DNA of 58,550 nt, counting the filler, from Pirum gemmata (Eukaryota), in the NCBI GenBank assembly GCA_002812295.1. It is 9 parts of 9 records of this genome, joined end to end, with 100 filler letters (N's around TTAATTAATTAA, not from the genome) between each part and the next. Parts side by side here need not be neighbours in the genome. Positions count along the whole stretch, not along the records: positions 32,591 to 39,015 come from PDIN01000276.1; positions 39,116 to 45,608 come from PDIN01000277.1; positions 45,709 to 52,099 come from PDIN01000278.1; 6 more parts are not named here. The stretch is one strand, 5' to 3'. The translations under genes were made by a program, and so were the position numbers. The notes beneath the pieces are model-generated. The model saw only the letters and a program-made list of their open reading frames with translations, did not search any database and was not told where the DNA came from. Below, piece after piece: positions 37,965 through 49,424 of the stretch (its first letter is position 1; the number at the start of each line of letters is the position of its first letter).

Positions 37965-38245
37965 ACCATAATCATATAAAAATAATTGTTATTTCATATT
38001 TTAAATTATTATTTTAAAACATTGCCTAATAATGTGAATCAGGATTTCAATGTTATTCATGTGCACGTTGATATAATAACAAATTATTGTATACATATAT
38101 AAATTAACACCATAATATTAATATTAATCATAATAATTGTTATTTCATATTTTAAATTATTATTTTAATTAAAACTTTGCCTAATAATGTGAATCAGGAT
38201 TTCAATGTTATTCATGTGCACGTTGATATAATAACAAATTATTAT
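37965..38245 (+). repeat. ~170-bp tandem duplication
   Basis: AATAATTGTTATTTCATATTTTAAATT...GTGAATCAGGATTTCAATGTTATTCATGTGCACGTTGATATAATAACAAATTATT occurs twice. Confidence 0.88.
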
Positions 38246-38982
38246 ATATTAATACATATTTATAAATATTTTTCCAGAGTTCCTGCGATCGATATTGAGA
38301 GTGCATAATTATGGAGTCTTTACTTATAATTAGAAATGGCAGTCTATATAATATCAAATTTAAAGAGGTGAAATAACAACTAACAACAGCTCTAATAAAG
38401 ATAACAAGTAAATAACAGTAACACAAATTCTTTCAAATTCTTTTTCGAACAGTAACTGTTGCTGTCAAGCTGTTGCTGTTGTTGCAATTGTTGTTAATTT
38501 TAGAGCTGTATTGTGGTGTTTACTGTATGGATGTATAATATTGTTGTATTATCGATATATCGAATTGTGCTGCTGTATTATTCTATTGCTTCATTATTAT
38601 GCTATATTTATATTTTATAAATAAAGTTAAATAATTATTATTGAATGTTGTATGATAGCTTGTAAAAAGAGCGATATTTACGTCTTTTTTGGAAAAATAG
38701 GCCATTTCCAGGGTTCCTGCGATCGATATTGGATCAGTCTCATTTTTCATATTTTAAAATACAAGGACAAAAAACTTGAAGTCCTCGGATAATATTATCA
38801 TATCGTGAATATTGACACATATTATAATTCTAAAGAAATGGCTTCAATAATTCAACTTCATTTTAAAATATAAATATAGCATGTAATAATGACACCAGTA
38901 TAATATGTAAAATAAAATACGAAAGAAGGGGTGCTATCGCTACTGGGGACACCCAAGCCAAGCCTGGAGCAGTTTAAAATGC

Positions 38983-39015
<33 letters not shown>

Positions 39016-39199
39016 NNNNNNNNNNNNNNNNNNNNNNNNNNNNNNNNNNNNNNNNNNNNTTAATTAATTAANNNNNNNNNNNNNNNNNNNNNNNNNNNNN
39101 NNNNNNNNNNNNNNNTATTATTATTATTATTATTTCTTTACTTTAAATAGTGTGCAACTGGTGGTAAATGCAAAAGTTGTGGTGAAATGTTCGGTGAAC

Positions 39200-39680
39200 T
39201 TGCTCGTATATAATCATTTAACAATTTAATAGATTTGGTAGGTTTTGAATTTATTCACGTGTTTTTAATGTCATAAAATTAACACAACTTAATTTCTAAA
39301 CAATAATTTGGTTGGTAGGTTTTGAATTTATTTACGAATTTTCAATGTGAGAAAAGTCAAATTATAATCAGGATAGGGTTATTATGGATTATGGCTAAAA
39401 GAGAATGTATATCTTAAGTTGTATATTGAGATATTATTATGTGACAAAGAGCAATACTTTGGTAGGGTTTGGATTTATTAAGTGTTTTTAATGTTTATAA
39501 TAGCCCCACAACTTAACTTCTAAACAATAATTTGGTAGGTTTTTAATTTATTTATGTTTTTAATGTGATAGAAACATAAAAAGTCAAATATCAAGTTAAG
39601 ATTATAATAAGGCTTAAGGCCATTATAGATTATAGCCTAAAAGAGAAGTTATATAACAACCTTAACTTATATATTACAAT
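39200..39680 (+). repeat. Degenerate ~250-bp dimer with internal TTGGTAGGTTTTGAATTTATT subrepeats
   Basis: Subrepeat seen four times; CACAACTTAA.TTCTAAACAATAATTTGGT seen twice. Confidence 0.75.
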
Positions 39681-39968
39681 AATAAGTGTTTAGAAAATTT
39701 GGCCCCCCTCCTGATTCAAAGTTATTTGGCGGTTACCAACCAGGTTTCTTGTTTTTTTTTTTTTTTTTTCGAATCTGTAGTTGTTTATTGAATTTGACTG
39801 TAATATTCGAATAATACACAATATTCGGGTTTTTTTCTTGAAAAATGTACAACAGCAACAAGGCCGAAAGTTTTGCAACTTTTGCGGGGTTCTAAGTTGT
39901 TATGTTGGTTAAAACTATGTAAACCATGTATTTTAGTTGTTAGTTATATTAAAATTAGTATTAGCTAT

Positions 39969-40001
<33 letters not shown>

Positions 40002-40239
40002 TAGTATTTGAATACGTATTAATTAGTATTATTAGTATTACTATATATTAGTATTAGTATTAGTATTAGAATTAATATTAGTATTAGTATTAGTATTAGT
40101 ATTAGCATATACATATACGTACGCACGAGTATTAATATTAGTATTATTTTAGTGTTGGTGTTAGTATTGGTATTAGTACTATTATAATAGTAAATAGTAT
40201 TTGTATTAGTGTATATTAGTGTTAGTATTATTACACAGA

Positions 40240-40580
40240 AACTATCATAATGGAGACTCTGTTTTTTATAACTGTAAGTGTAATAGGTTAGCGGCTTATT
40301 CTTCGAAAAATTTCCCACGATAGTAATACGAGTTTAAGTTGAAACAACAGCAACAACAGCAGTAAGAACAACAAGAACAACAAGAACAAGAACAACAAGG
40401 ACAAGAACAAGAAGAACAAGAACAACAAGAACAAGAACAAGAAGAACAAGAACAAGAAGAACAAGAACAACAAGAACAAGATAAAGCTTCAGATAAGCGA
40501 TAATAAATAAACAAAAACTTTCGAGACAATGTCATAGTGACTTTTTCGTAGGCTATTTATCGATATTCAGTGACTTAAAA
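40240..40580 (+). pseudogene. Possible decayed exon with an (EQ)n/(CAAGAA)n coiled-coil-like tract, interrupted by TAA/TAG stops
   Basis: After a CAG acceptor-like site the frame reads NYHNGDSVFYNCKCNRLAAYSSKNFPR**YEFKLKQQQQQQ*EQQEQ...DKASDKR**INKNFRDNVIVTFS*. Confidence 0.35.
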
Positions 40581-40586
40581 AAGTTA

Positions 40587-40643
40587 CCCTAACCCTAACC
40601 CTAACCCTAACCCTAACCCTAACCCTAACCCTAACCCTAACCC
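40587..40643 (-). repeat. Interstitial telomeric tract (CCCTAA)~9
   Basis: Perfect array directly abutting a truncated family B end. Confidence 0.95.
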
Positions 40644-41558
40644 TTACAGTTGTCACTCAATCTTTAATTTGGTACTGTTTAAGTGTATAATTGAACTTAT
40701 TTATTAATATAAAATATATCAGTTTTGAACTGGACAACACTATTGAAAAACACGATGTATATTAATACAAATAAAAATAAAAATAAAAAATTGCAATAAT
40801 TTTCGAATAGTTTTTTTCGAATCTAAATAATTTAATTTTTATCAAATAAAAATAAAAATAAAATTTTTGAATATTTTTTTTCGAATCTAAAAAATTTAAT
40901 TCTAAATAATTTAATTATTATTATAATAATGAGAGATTTATCAGTCAATCTAAGCAACTAATTATGTTGAAACTATCAGACATATTTTAAAATTTAATTT
41001 TGGTATTTTATAGTTAATTAATGTTGTATTTTATAAACACACACTTAAACAGTACCCGATTAAAGATTGAGAGGAAAACTGCTAGCTAGACATGCACTCT
41101 ACCAGTATAGGTATCAAGTTTTTTAATAGTGTTGCCCAGTTGAAAAACTGAAATACCACCAAATTATTATTATGGTTAAACTATCAGACATGTTTTAATT
41201 AATTTAGTATTAATATTTTATTATATTTAATTTTGTATTTTATAAATACACTTTTAAAAAACAGTACGCTACCCAATTAAAGATTGAGAGGGCAACTGTA
41301 ATGAAATAGACGATAGCTAGTAAACTATAACGGTCCAGTAGTGTTTTTCAGTTGTTTTGCAATCGTAAAACATACAATATAAATCCATTTAATTTAATTT
41401 GATATGTTTTTTTATCTATATATTCATTTTTAAGCATGTCAATTTAAATGTTATAACCACCAAATAAGTATTCAGAGTCACAAAATCAATGAAAAGCACA
41501 ATAGATACAAGCAGTGATTTTTGGTCGATACATGCAGATTCTCATAATAATATTTTTT

Positions 41559-41659
41559 TTAGGGTTAGGGTTAGGGTTAGNATAATAATATTTTTTTTAG
41601 GGTTAGGGTTAGGGTTAGGGTTAGGGTTAGGGTTAGGGTTAGGGTTAGGGTTAGGGTTA
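41559..41659 (+). repeat. Interstitial telomeric tract (TTAGGG)n with a 1-N assembly break
   Basis: Array seen directly; flanked by ATTCTCATAATAATATTTTTTT(T)AG repeats. Confidence 0.9.
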
Positions 41660-41694
41660 TTCTCATAATAATATTTTTTTAGTAGTCTAGTCTA

Positions 41695-42118
41695 TGGTGC
41701 AAAAAAAAATAATATTATTATAAAAACGTCGACGTACGTCCCACCTTTTTTTAGTAGGGGTGAGATGACGTCATTTTATTATTACTTTTCCGATTTTATG
41801 GTTTTTATTACTATTAATGTTAACATTATTACTTTAATTAGTATCTATTATAATTAGATTTACTATTTTAAGCTATTTAACTGCTATTATTAGCAAGGAA
41901 CACGGAACTAAAGTTGGCTCGATAAGCATCTGTTCGAAAAAAGTTCCAGTATCATAGATATCTCACCCCCACTCTTTTTTTACTATAAATTGAAAGTCTC
42001 ACTTTTTTTTTTGTTTGAAAATTTCAAATCAATTAAATACCTATTACATTACTTATGTTCGAAAACTGAAAATTCTAGTGAACCCCCATGGTTGGACGTT
42101 TTTAAATTGTTTTCACCA
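41695..42118 (+). mobile_element. TIR element family I, shorter copy
   Basis: TA|TGGTGCAAA ... TTTCACCA|TA; shares ACTTATGTTCGAAA and AATTCTAGTGAA.CCC with 8320-9116. Confidence 0.65.
41753..41973 (+). mobile_element. MITE family C copy nested in a family I element
   Basis: TIRs present (one mismatch); exact 8-bp TSD CTTTTTTT at 41745-41752 and 41974-41981. Confidence 0.88.
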
Positions 42119-42145
42119 TAATATTATGATAGTCTATTTATTATT

Positions 42146-42329
42146 TAGTGCTTTTCAGTTGTTTTGTCATCATAAAAAATAAAATAAATAGTACCAAATT
42201 AATACAATATAAATTTATTTAATTTAATTTGGTATATTTTATTATCTATTTATTGATTTAAAAATGTCATTTTAAAGATTATAACCCTCCAAATAAATAT
42301 TCAAAGTGACAAAATAAATGAAAGGCATG
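42146..42329 (+). mobile_element. MITE family A copy (another at ~41338-41502)
   Basis: TAGTGCTTTTCAGTTG...GTGACAAAATAAATGAAAGGCATG. Confidence 0.8.
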
Positions 42330-42381
42330 GTAGACTAGCTAGTCTATGAAATAAAGTCTGCATGATATTAATATAAATTAA

Positions 42382-42528
42382 AGGGAGCGTTCAAATACTA
42401 CGCAACGCCAATTTCTGGCCAAGTACAGCTTCAAATACCCCTACCTGCCTACTCCTTGACGTTAATTTCCGGTCAAATACCGCCTACCTACCTACCCCTT
42501 GACGTGACATATTATTTGAACGTTCCCT
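42382..42528 (+). mobile_element. MITE family E, PIF/Harbinger-like (~147 bp)
   Basis: AGGGAGCGTTCAAATACTACG ... CATATTATTTGAACGTTCCCT inverted termini, resembling Harbinger-type (A)GGG..TTCAAATA.TACGT ends. Confidence 0.7.
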
Positions 42529-43009
42529 AGCACCCTATCTAAAATTTTTATTTTCGTTTTTGTTTTTTATATTCTATGACATATTTCTATCCAAAATTTC
42601 CTAATTAAGAACTTGTATTACTAATAATAGAACAGTAAAATTATACAATCAGTCGAATTTGGCAAAAAAATAAAAAAATACAAATAAAAAACCAAAAGAA
42701 AATTTTCCTACATAGCAAAATTTTAAAATTTTCCTAATTTTTTTTTTTTTTTTTATGATAGAAAAAGAACTTTTTATAGGAAATCTTTTTTTACTAACCA
42801 ATAATAGAACAGTAAATACAATCGAATTTGGTAAAAAATAAAAAATACAAATAAAAACAGCAAATAAAAATACAATAAATAAAAAACTATATAAAGTAAT
42901 ATAACCATAAAAGCAACACTGATGTCACTGAAAAGTAAAATTGTCAGGAAAAATGCCTAATTTAGATGAAAGTGCCTAGAGAGAAAAGTGCTGTACTATA
43001 GTTGTACTA

Positions 43010-43205
43010 TCGTATTTTTCAATAGTGTTTGTTGTACAGTTCAAAAACTGAAATAAACGTGCCAAATTATTATTATGATTAAACTATCAGGTATGCTTTA
43101 ATTAATTTGGTATTTTATAATTAAAGTTTTATTTTATAAACAAGTTCAATTATACACGTAAACAGTAGCAAATTAAAGATTGAGAGGACAACTAGTAATG
43201 AAATA
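43010..43205 (+). mobile_element. MITE family B copy
   Basis: Collinear with 53549-53734; right end eroded and abutting a family H fragment. Confidence 0.8.
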
Positions 43206-43516
43206 TATAAGTTAATGATTTGATTGTCGTTCTGTAGGAATTTATAACTTGTTGTACTTTTCATAATAATACCATAATACATAGTCTATGATTATTAGCA
43301 ATTAATTATATTATTCTTTAATTAGTTGTAGAAATATAGGTTTTTAACTTTTGTTCATAATATTACAGCGTTATAGTCGTTGTTATGGATGTTGTAGGAG
43401 TTTTCGTCTATATTGGGATTTTATTCTTTTAATATATTTTTTATGTAGGATATAGTATTTATATTAATAATTATAGCCATTCTAGTCTAGTTTTGGTTTT
43501 GCAAGTTTTCCTGAGT

Positions 43517-43765
43517 CGTGGTTGTGGTGGTGGTGGGGGTAGTGGTCGTAGTGGTGGTGGTCGTCGTCGTAGTGGTGGTGGCGGTGGTGGCGGTGGTTGT
43601 GTTGATAGCGGTGGTGGGGTGGGCGGGGGTAGTGGTGGTCGTCGTCGTCGTCGTCGTCGTGGTGGTGGTGGTGGTAGTGGTGGTGATCGTCGTGTTGGTA
43701 GCGGTGGTGGTGGTGGTGGTGGCAGCGGTGGTGATGGAGGTCGTGGTCGTGGTCGTGGTGGTCGT
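43517..43765 (+). repeat. Degenerate (GGT/CGT)n triplet repeat
   Basis: Seen directly. Confidence 0.92.
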
Positions 43766-46129
43766 GAGCGATGTGAGCAGTTCCTCGTTTATATATTCTG
43801 TACCATAATATTAAATCTCATTATTTCAATTACAGATGGTTGTTCCTCATTGTTGTTTAGTTGATGTAAGGAAAATAAAATGAGAAGGACAAAATAACCA
43901 GGGGTAATTTTTAACGGCGGGCTATTTTCGTCATCATTTCATTTCCGGGGTAATTTCACATTATCCCCCAAAAAGCTCCCACGTGTTCAAAAAAAATTAG
44001 TTTGGCTTCTGGTACAAATTCTTGGAACAGCATTAATTGACATAGACAACTGTTGGTTAGGGGTTAGGGTTAGGGTCAGGAGGTTCGGGTTCGGGTTAGG
44101 GTTGTATTGTTCTTTTTATTAATTTAATTTGTTGTAGAAATATTGGGTTTTAACTTCTGTTCCTAATATCATAGCGTTGTAGTCGTTAATTAACGTTGTT
44201 ATGGATGTTGGAATTGTCTTCTATATAACATTATGTCATAATATTAATAAGATTTAAATTTATAATAATATTATTAATAATTTTTTGATGTAGGAAAACC
44301 AGTCTACATTAGTTTGCCGGTGTCAGGCTTCTCTCAATTCTGCTTTGTTTTAAAAATTGAGTTTTCGAGCCTATGCTTTAATTAAATAAGTTCGAAAAAA
44401 AAACTACCAAGCCGGTAAAAGCCATAATGAGCTCAAAAATCAAAAAAATCTCAAAATGATCCAATTTTAATGAAAGTACTATTAATACCAAATCTTGAGT
44501 CGATTGTATGAATTATTAATTTTGAAAAATGGTAGTAAGTTAGTGTTGTTTTTGTTGCTCATAATGCTGTGTAATGTGAATTGTTGATTGTAGTTTTGAA
44601 TGATGTTGGTTTGTGAGTGTGTTGTAGTTGTTGAGGAACGAAGTTGGGGTTGTGTGTTACATTAATAATTATGTTGTAGGTCAAAATGACATTGTGTTGA
44701 AATTTTTTGGTAAGATTGGCGTATCTCCGTGTTATGAGGTCAAGCTCCTTTGTTTTTGGGTGATTTGATGTTGTCTTGTGTAAATTGGTTAACTTTGTTG
44801 ATGAAGTAAAAGTTGTGATTTTTTGTTTTAGGGGTTGAAGAGTGGATGAAGTCATTTACATGGTGTTAATATAAAGGTATTTTACTATCGTTAAAGTGTT
44901 GGCTAAATTCATTCTTTCTAATTTTTACTAGCCGGCGCTATGTATATATTATGTTACTACTAGTAACTTAGTAAGCTAGTAGAGGAATGTCTGAATTTCT
45001 GGAATAATAGTTTTAAAAAAAATTGTAACAATTTATATTATAATTAATATTTGTGTTCATCTGTTGTTTTTGTGTCTGTCTGTCTGTCTGTGGAAATGAT
45101 AATAATAATAATAATAATATAGTTGTGGTGTGGGTTGTGGCTTCTGAGTGTTGAGTGTTTAGACCTTGTCAACAACTTGTTTAGTGTTTAGAGTGCTGAG
45201 TGTTCTAGGTCGAGTGTTGGGTGTTGGGGTTTGAGAGTAAATTGTAAGTTAGGTGTTGAGTGTTAATTGTAAGTTGGATGTTGAGAGTAAATTATAAGTT
45301 ACGAGTTGAGTGCTAATATAAGCTGAGCGTTATTAGTATTTATAATTTAGGTTTAGAGTTAATTTATAAATTAATAAATTATTATAATTAATAAATTATT
45401 ATAATTTAGAAAAATATATGTACGTTTTAAATTTATAAAAAGGTATGAATAGAGAAGAGGTAAGAGTATTTGGGAAAGGTCAAGCTAGAAATGCTAAGAA
45501 CACTAATACATAAACAGAACGAATACATATTATAATATTTTAAATAACAATATTAATTATTTTACTTTGTGTTCAAGGACCTATGATATAATAATAATAA
45601 TAATAATANNNNNNNNNNNNNNNNNNNNNNNNNNNNNNNNNNNNNNNNNNNNTTAATTAATTAANNNNNNNNNNNNNNNNNNNNNNNNNNNNNNNNNNNN
45701 NNNNNNNNAGTAGTTCTTTTCAGTTATTTTGTGTTAGTAAAATAGAAACGAAAACAGTTAAGAAAACCACTAAATTAATTATATTATGCCTTTATTTGAT
45801 ATAATTTATTTAATTAATTTAAAGAACTCTGATATATATATATATACATTATATGTATGATATAATATATGTAACTAACATATAGCAAATTTTTAACAGT
45901 AAAACAATGAGATCATACAACAAAGCCTTTATCTAAAATTAATTTTCCAAATGCTAATAACAGCACCCTACCCACTATGATATTTATATATATATATATA
46001 TCAGTGGATATATATTATAAACAAAAATATATCCAAATGAATAGTACTAATTATAAATAACAGTTTAATATATCGAAACCTTATAAATTACAACTAAAGC
46101 CTTATAAATTACAACTATCTGTAATATAT

Positions 46130-48061
46130 TTTTACTCAAACTTTAATCACCAAACGAAGGTTTTCAATAACCTCTAATAGGCCTCACTCAAATGCAATCA
46201 TCTCACAATCCACCCCAGTCAACAATACTTCTACCTGTAATCTCATTTTTCTTAAGAAAATTATAAGTGATCAGTGTGCTTACACTTAACTTACTACGCT
46301 AAGATGGTGACCTTTTTAAATCCAACTCCTTAACAAAGAAGACCTTATAATATGTTAATATTTTAACATTATAATTATAACAATATTAATATATGCATTA
46401 TAAATATAGTAACTACAAGTAACGTTCCGCGTTAACATCTTGAACAAATGTCGTATGGCAATATACCAACATAACCGTGTGCACAGATCATCGGTTAAGA
46501 GCTCTCCATAGTTTGCACTGCAAACAGCCCTTCTTCATCCTTCCATATGTCATCTGGGTCTCCCAGCTAAGGATCTGGACTCTAACGTATGCTAAAAGAA
46601 AACAGGATGATGACAGGAGTATCCAACTCCTTCTTAATGGCATCCTTGATAGTCTTATAAATAATTAGTGTGTGCATGGGTTGGTGGAAAGTAGGCAGAT
46701 TAGATTCTAATTTGGGGTTTTGTAATATTCCCTTTGTACTCTATAATATTAATTAAACCAGAAATTCAATATAGCGCTTTTAGAAATGATTAATATAGAC
46801 TATTCCAATAAATATAATTTAACTAATTTCGTCTGGTCATTTATAAATTAAGGTGACCCTTGCAAATCTTTTAAGATAAACTTTACTTTTATTTAAATTT
46901 AAAATATTTACTTTTATTTATAATATTATATTAGCAGTGACTACTACCACAGAATAAACCCAATCATTGTTTATTAACCTTCTAAGAGTAACATTTTAAA
47001 TTTGTTACTACCAGTATCTAATACCCCTAACTGCTTATCTTCACCTTCAAATCCAACAGTATTTATTAATAATATTAATATTATAGAGTTTTCTAACCCA
47101 ACTGTAACCACACTGTCAATTTATACCGAACATAACAATAAGTTATCCTGCACTTCCACACTCTCCAGTCAATTATCTTCACGGCCATCCTTATTACCTG
47201 TACTATCTTCACCCTCTCTTTCAGGACAGCAAAACTTCAAGTGAAACTTAGAGTTAATCAATGGCGTTCCGCCACCACCCGACAACCACTAATCGCGTAT
47301 AACAGTACCACGATGACCAAAGTCTTCTTGACTTCTTCAGCCAACCCTAAGCAATAGCATATTCCTGAGCCTGTCTCTTCAAAGAAAGAGTGACCTACGT
47401 CTAAACGACGTTTTGTCAAAAACCTCCAAGAGGCCGCCCATACCACAATGCTTCCATGCCAACCTATACTTTCCTCACTCTCTCTTCAACTAACCATAAG
47501 CAATAGTATATCCCTGAGCCTGTCTCTTAAAAAGATAGAGTGACCTACGTCTAAACGACTTTTTGTCAAAACCCTCCAAGAGGTCGTCCATACCACAATG
47601 CTTCCATGCCAACCCAAGGTGATGTTACTTAGAATTTACCCATGACTATCATTCATATGATCTGATCCTAATTTCCACACCACCTTGGAAACAATATCCT
47701 AAGCCTTAACTTAATTTATAAACTTCTCACTAAAGAAGAAAGAGGATCTTACCAGACCTACACAACCCTACCGCTGATCGACGATATAATAAAATCAACA
47801 GCTTTACAGCAGCAACAACTTAGCATCAGCAACCATGACAACGATAGAACAATCTCAATCTGAACCTCAACTTCAACCAATAGGCGAAGATGCCCAAGAA
47901 ACCCAAACAAAACAGAGGGGATGACAACATCAACAGTAACATACTGTTGTTTTGATTGATCCCCCTCGCAGCGCAGCGGACTTGATTGTAAAACGGCAAC
48001 GTTCATTAATGAATTGAAGTTTGATTACTTGATTTATGTTGCCTGTGGTGAAGGTTTGACA
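46130..48061 (+). mobile_element. Degenerate Ty3/gypsy-like LTR retrotransposon 3' half (RNase H remnants, candidate PPT and short 3' LTR)
   Basis: Frameshifted motifs in the expected order: AIISQ, LPVISFFLRKL, DQCAYT, TDHR..AL, WVSQL...Y. Purine tract AGAGGGGA (47914-47921) is followed by TGACAA...TTGACA (47922-48061). Confidence 0.5.
47345..47615 (+). repeat. ~150-bp tandem duplication inside the retroelement remnant
   Basis: TAAGCAATAG...GAGTGACCTACGTCTAAACGAC...CATACCACAATGCTTCCATGCCAACC occurs twice. Confidence 0.9.
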
Positions 48062-48162
48062 AAGAATATAGTGTAATTTTCGAATTATAAATTGATAGAA
48101 ATTTGTATGCTGATCATTTTCCGTAAGTTATAGCACCTCCCCACCACAACCACCATTGCCAT

Positions 48163-48440
<278 letters not shown>

Positions 48441-49121
48441 ATTTGTATATTTGATTACTGATTCATGATTTAGATTTAAACAGTTTAAACAGTTTTCCTT
48501 CTCTCTTTTCGTAGTTTTATTTGTTTTGTTATCAAATTTAATGCATTTGCGTTTTTTGCTTAATCTGCGGCGTTTCTTATATATGTTCCCTTTCTCATCT
48601 TTTACTTTTTGTTATTGCTTCTTGTAATGCAGCAGAGGGTTGTGGCTTTATTTTTATTTTATCTATTTATTTATTTATTTATTTATAGCGGTAGTTGTAA
48701 TAGTATACATAGTAACAGTAATAATAGAAGTAGTAAATTTACTAGTAATGGTATTATGATGATGTGGCAAGAGCAGGGTGATAAGTTTCACTTATATGTA
48801 CATAGATAATGATAGGTTAAAGGTTAAATCCTGGAGAAGATAACTGTATTCCGTTCGGTTTCATCAATACAGCTGGGTGCCCCAGGCGAAAGTAATTTAG
48901 AGTAGATTTAGAAAATGAGTTTTAAAAATTTGCAACCAGACTTGAGCCCACTTATTCAAGTTGAGTGGAGCGCAACACTAGAAAACCGATCTGCTACGTT
49001 GCTTATGTTTTTTTTTTGGTTGGCATTTCGTTTAATAAGTCCCATTCCGCTGAAATTTTAGTACCATAAATTCAAACTTAACAAACTGAAAAAAATAACT
49101 AATTACTATGTATGAAATTAA

Positions 49122-49258
49122 AGGGTTAGGGTTAGGGTTAGGGTTAGGGTTAGGGTTAGGGTTAGGGTTAGGGTTAGGGTTAGGGTTAGGGTTAGGGTTA
49201 GGGTTAGGGTTAGGGTTAGGGTTAGGGTTAGGGTTAGGGTAAGGTTAGGGTTAGGGTT
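49122..49258 (+). repeat. Interstitial telomeric tract (TTAGGG)~22
   Basis: Near-perfect array ~170 bp from the SLC6 stop codon, with unique sequence on both sides. Confidence 0.95.
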
Positions 49259-49424
49259 ATTAGTCTAATCTATTTATTTTTTGAAAAAAATGTTTGTTAC
49301 ATTGTTATCTAATTGTTATAGGCCAATTAAAACTTTTGTTTTGAATAAAAGAAAGAAAACCAAAATCAAATAGCAAAATGTGGAAAATAGAAAAAGAAAA
49401 AGCAAGAAATAAATCATCAAAAAT

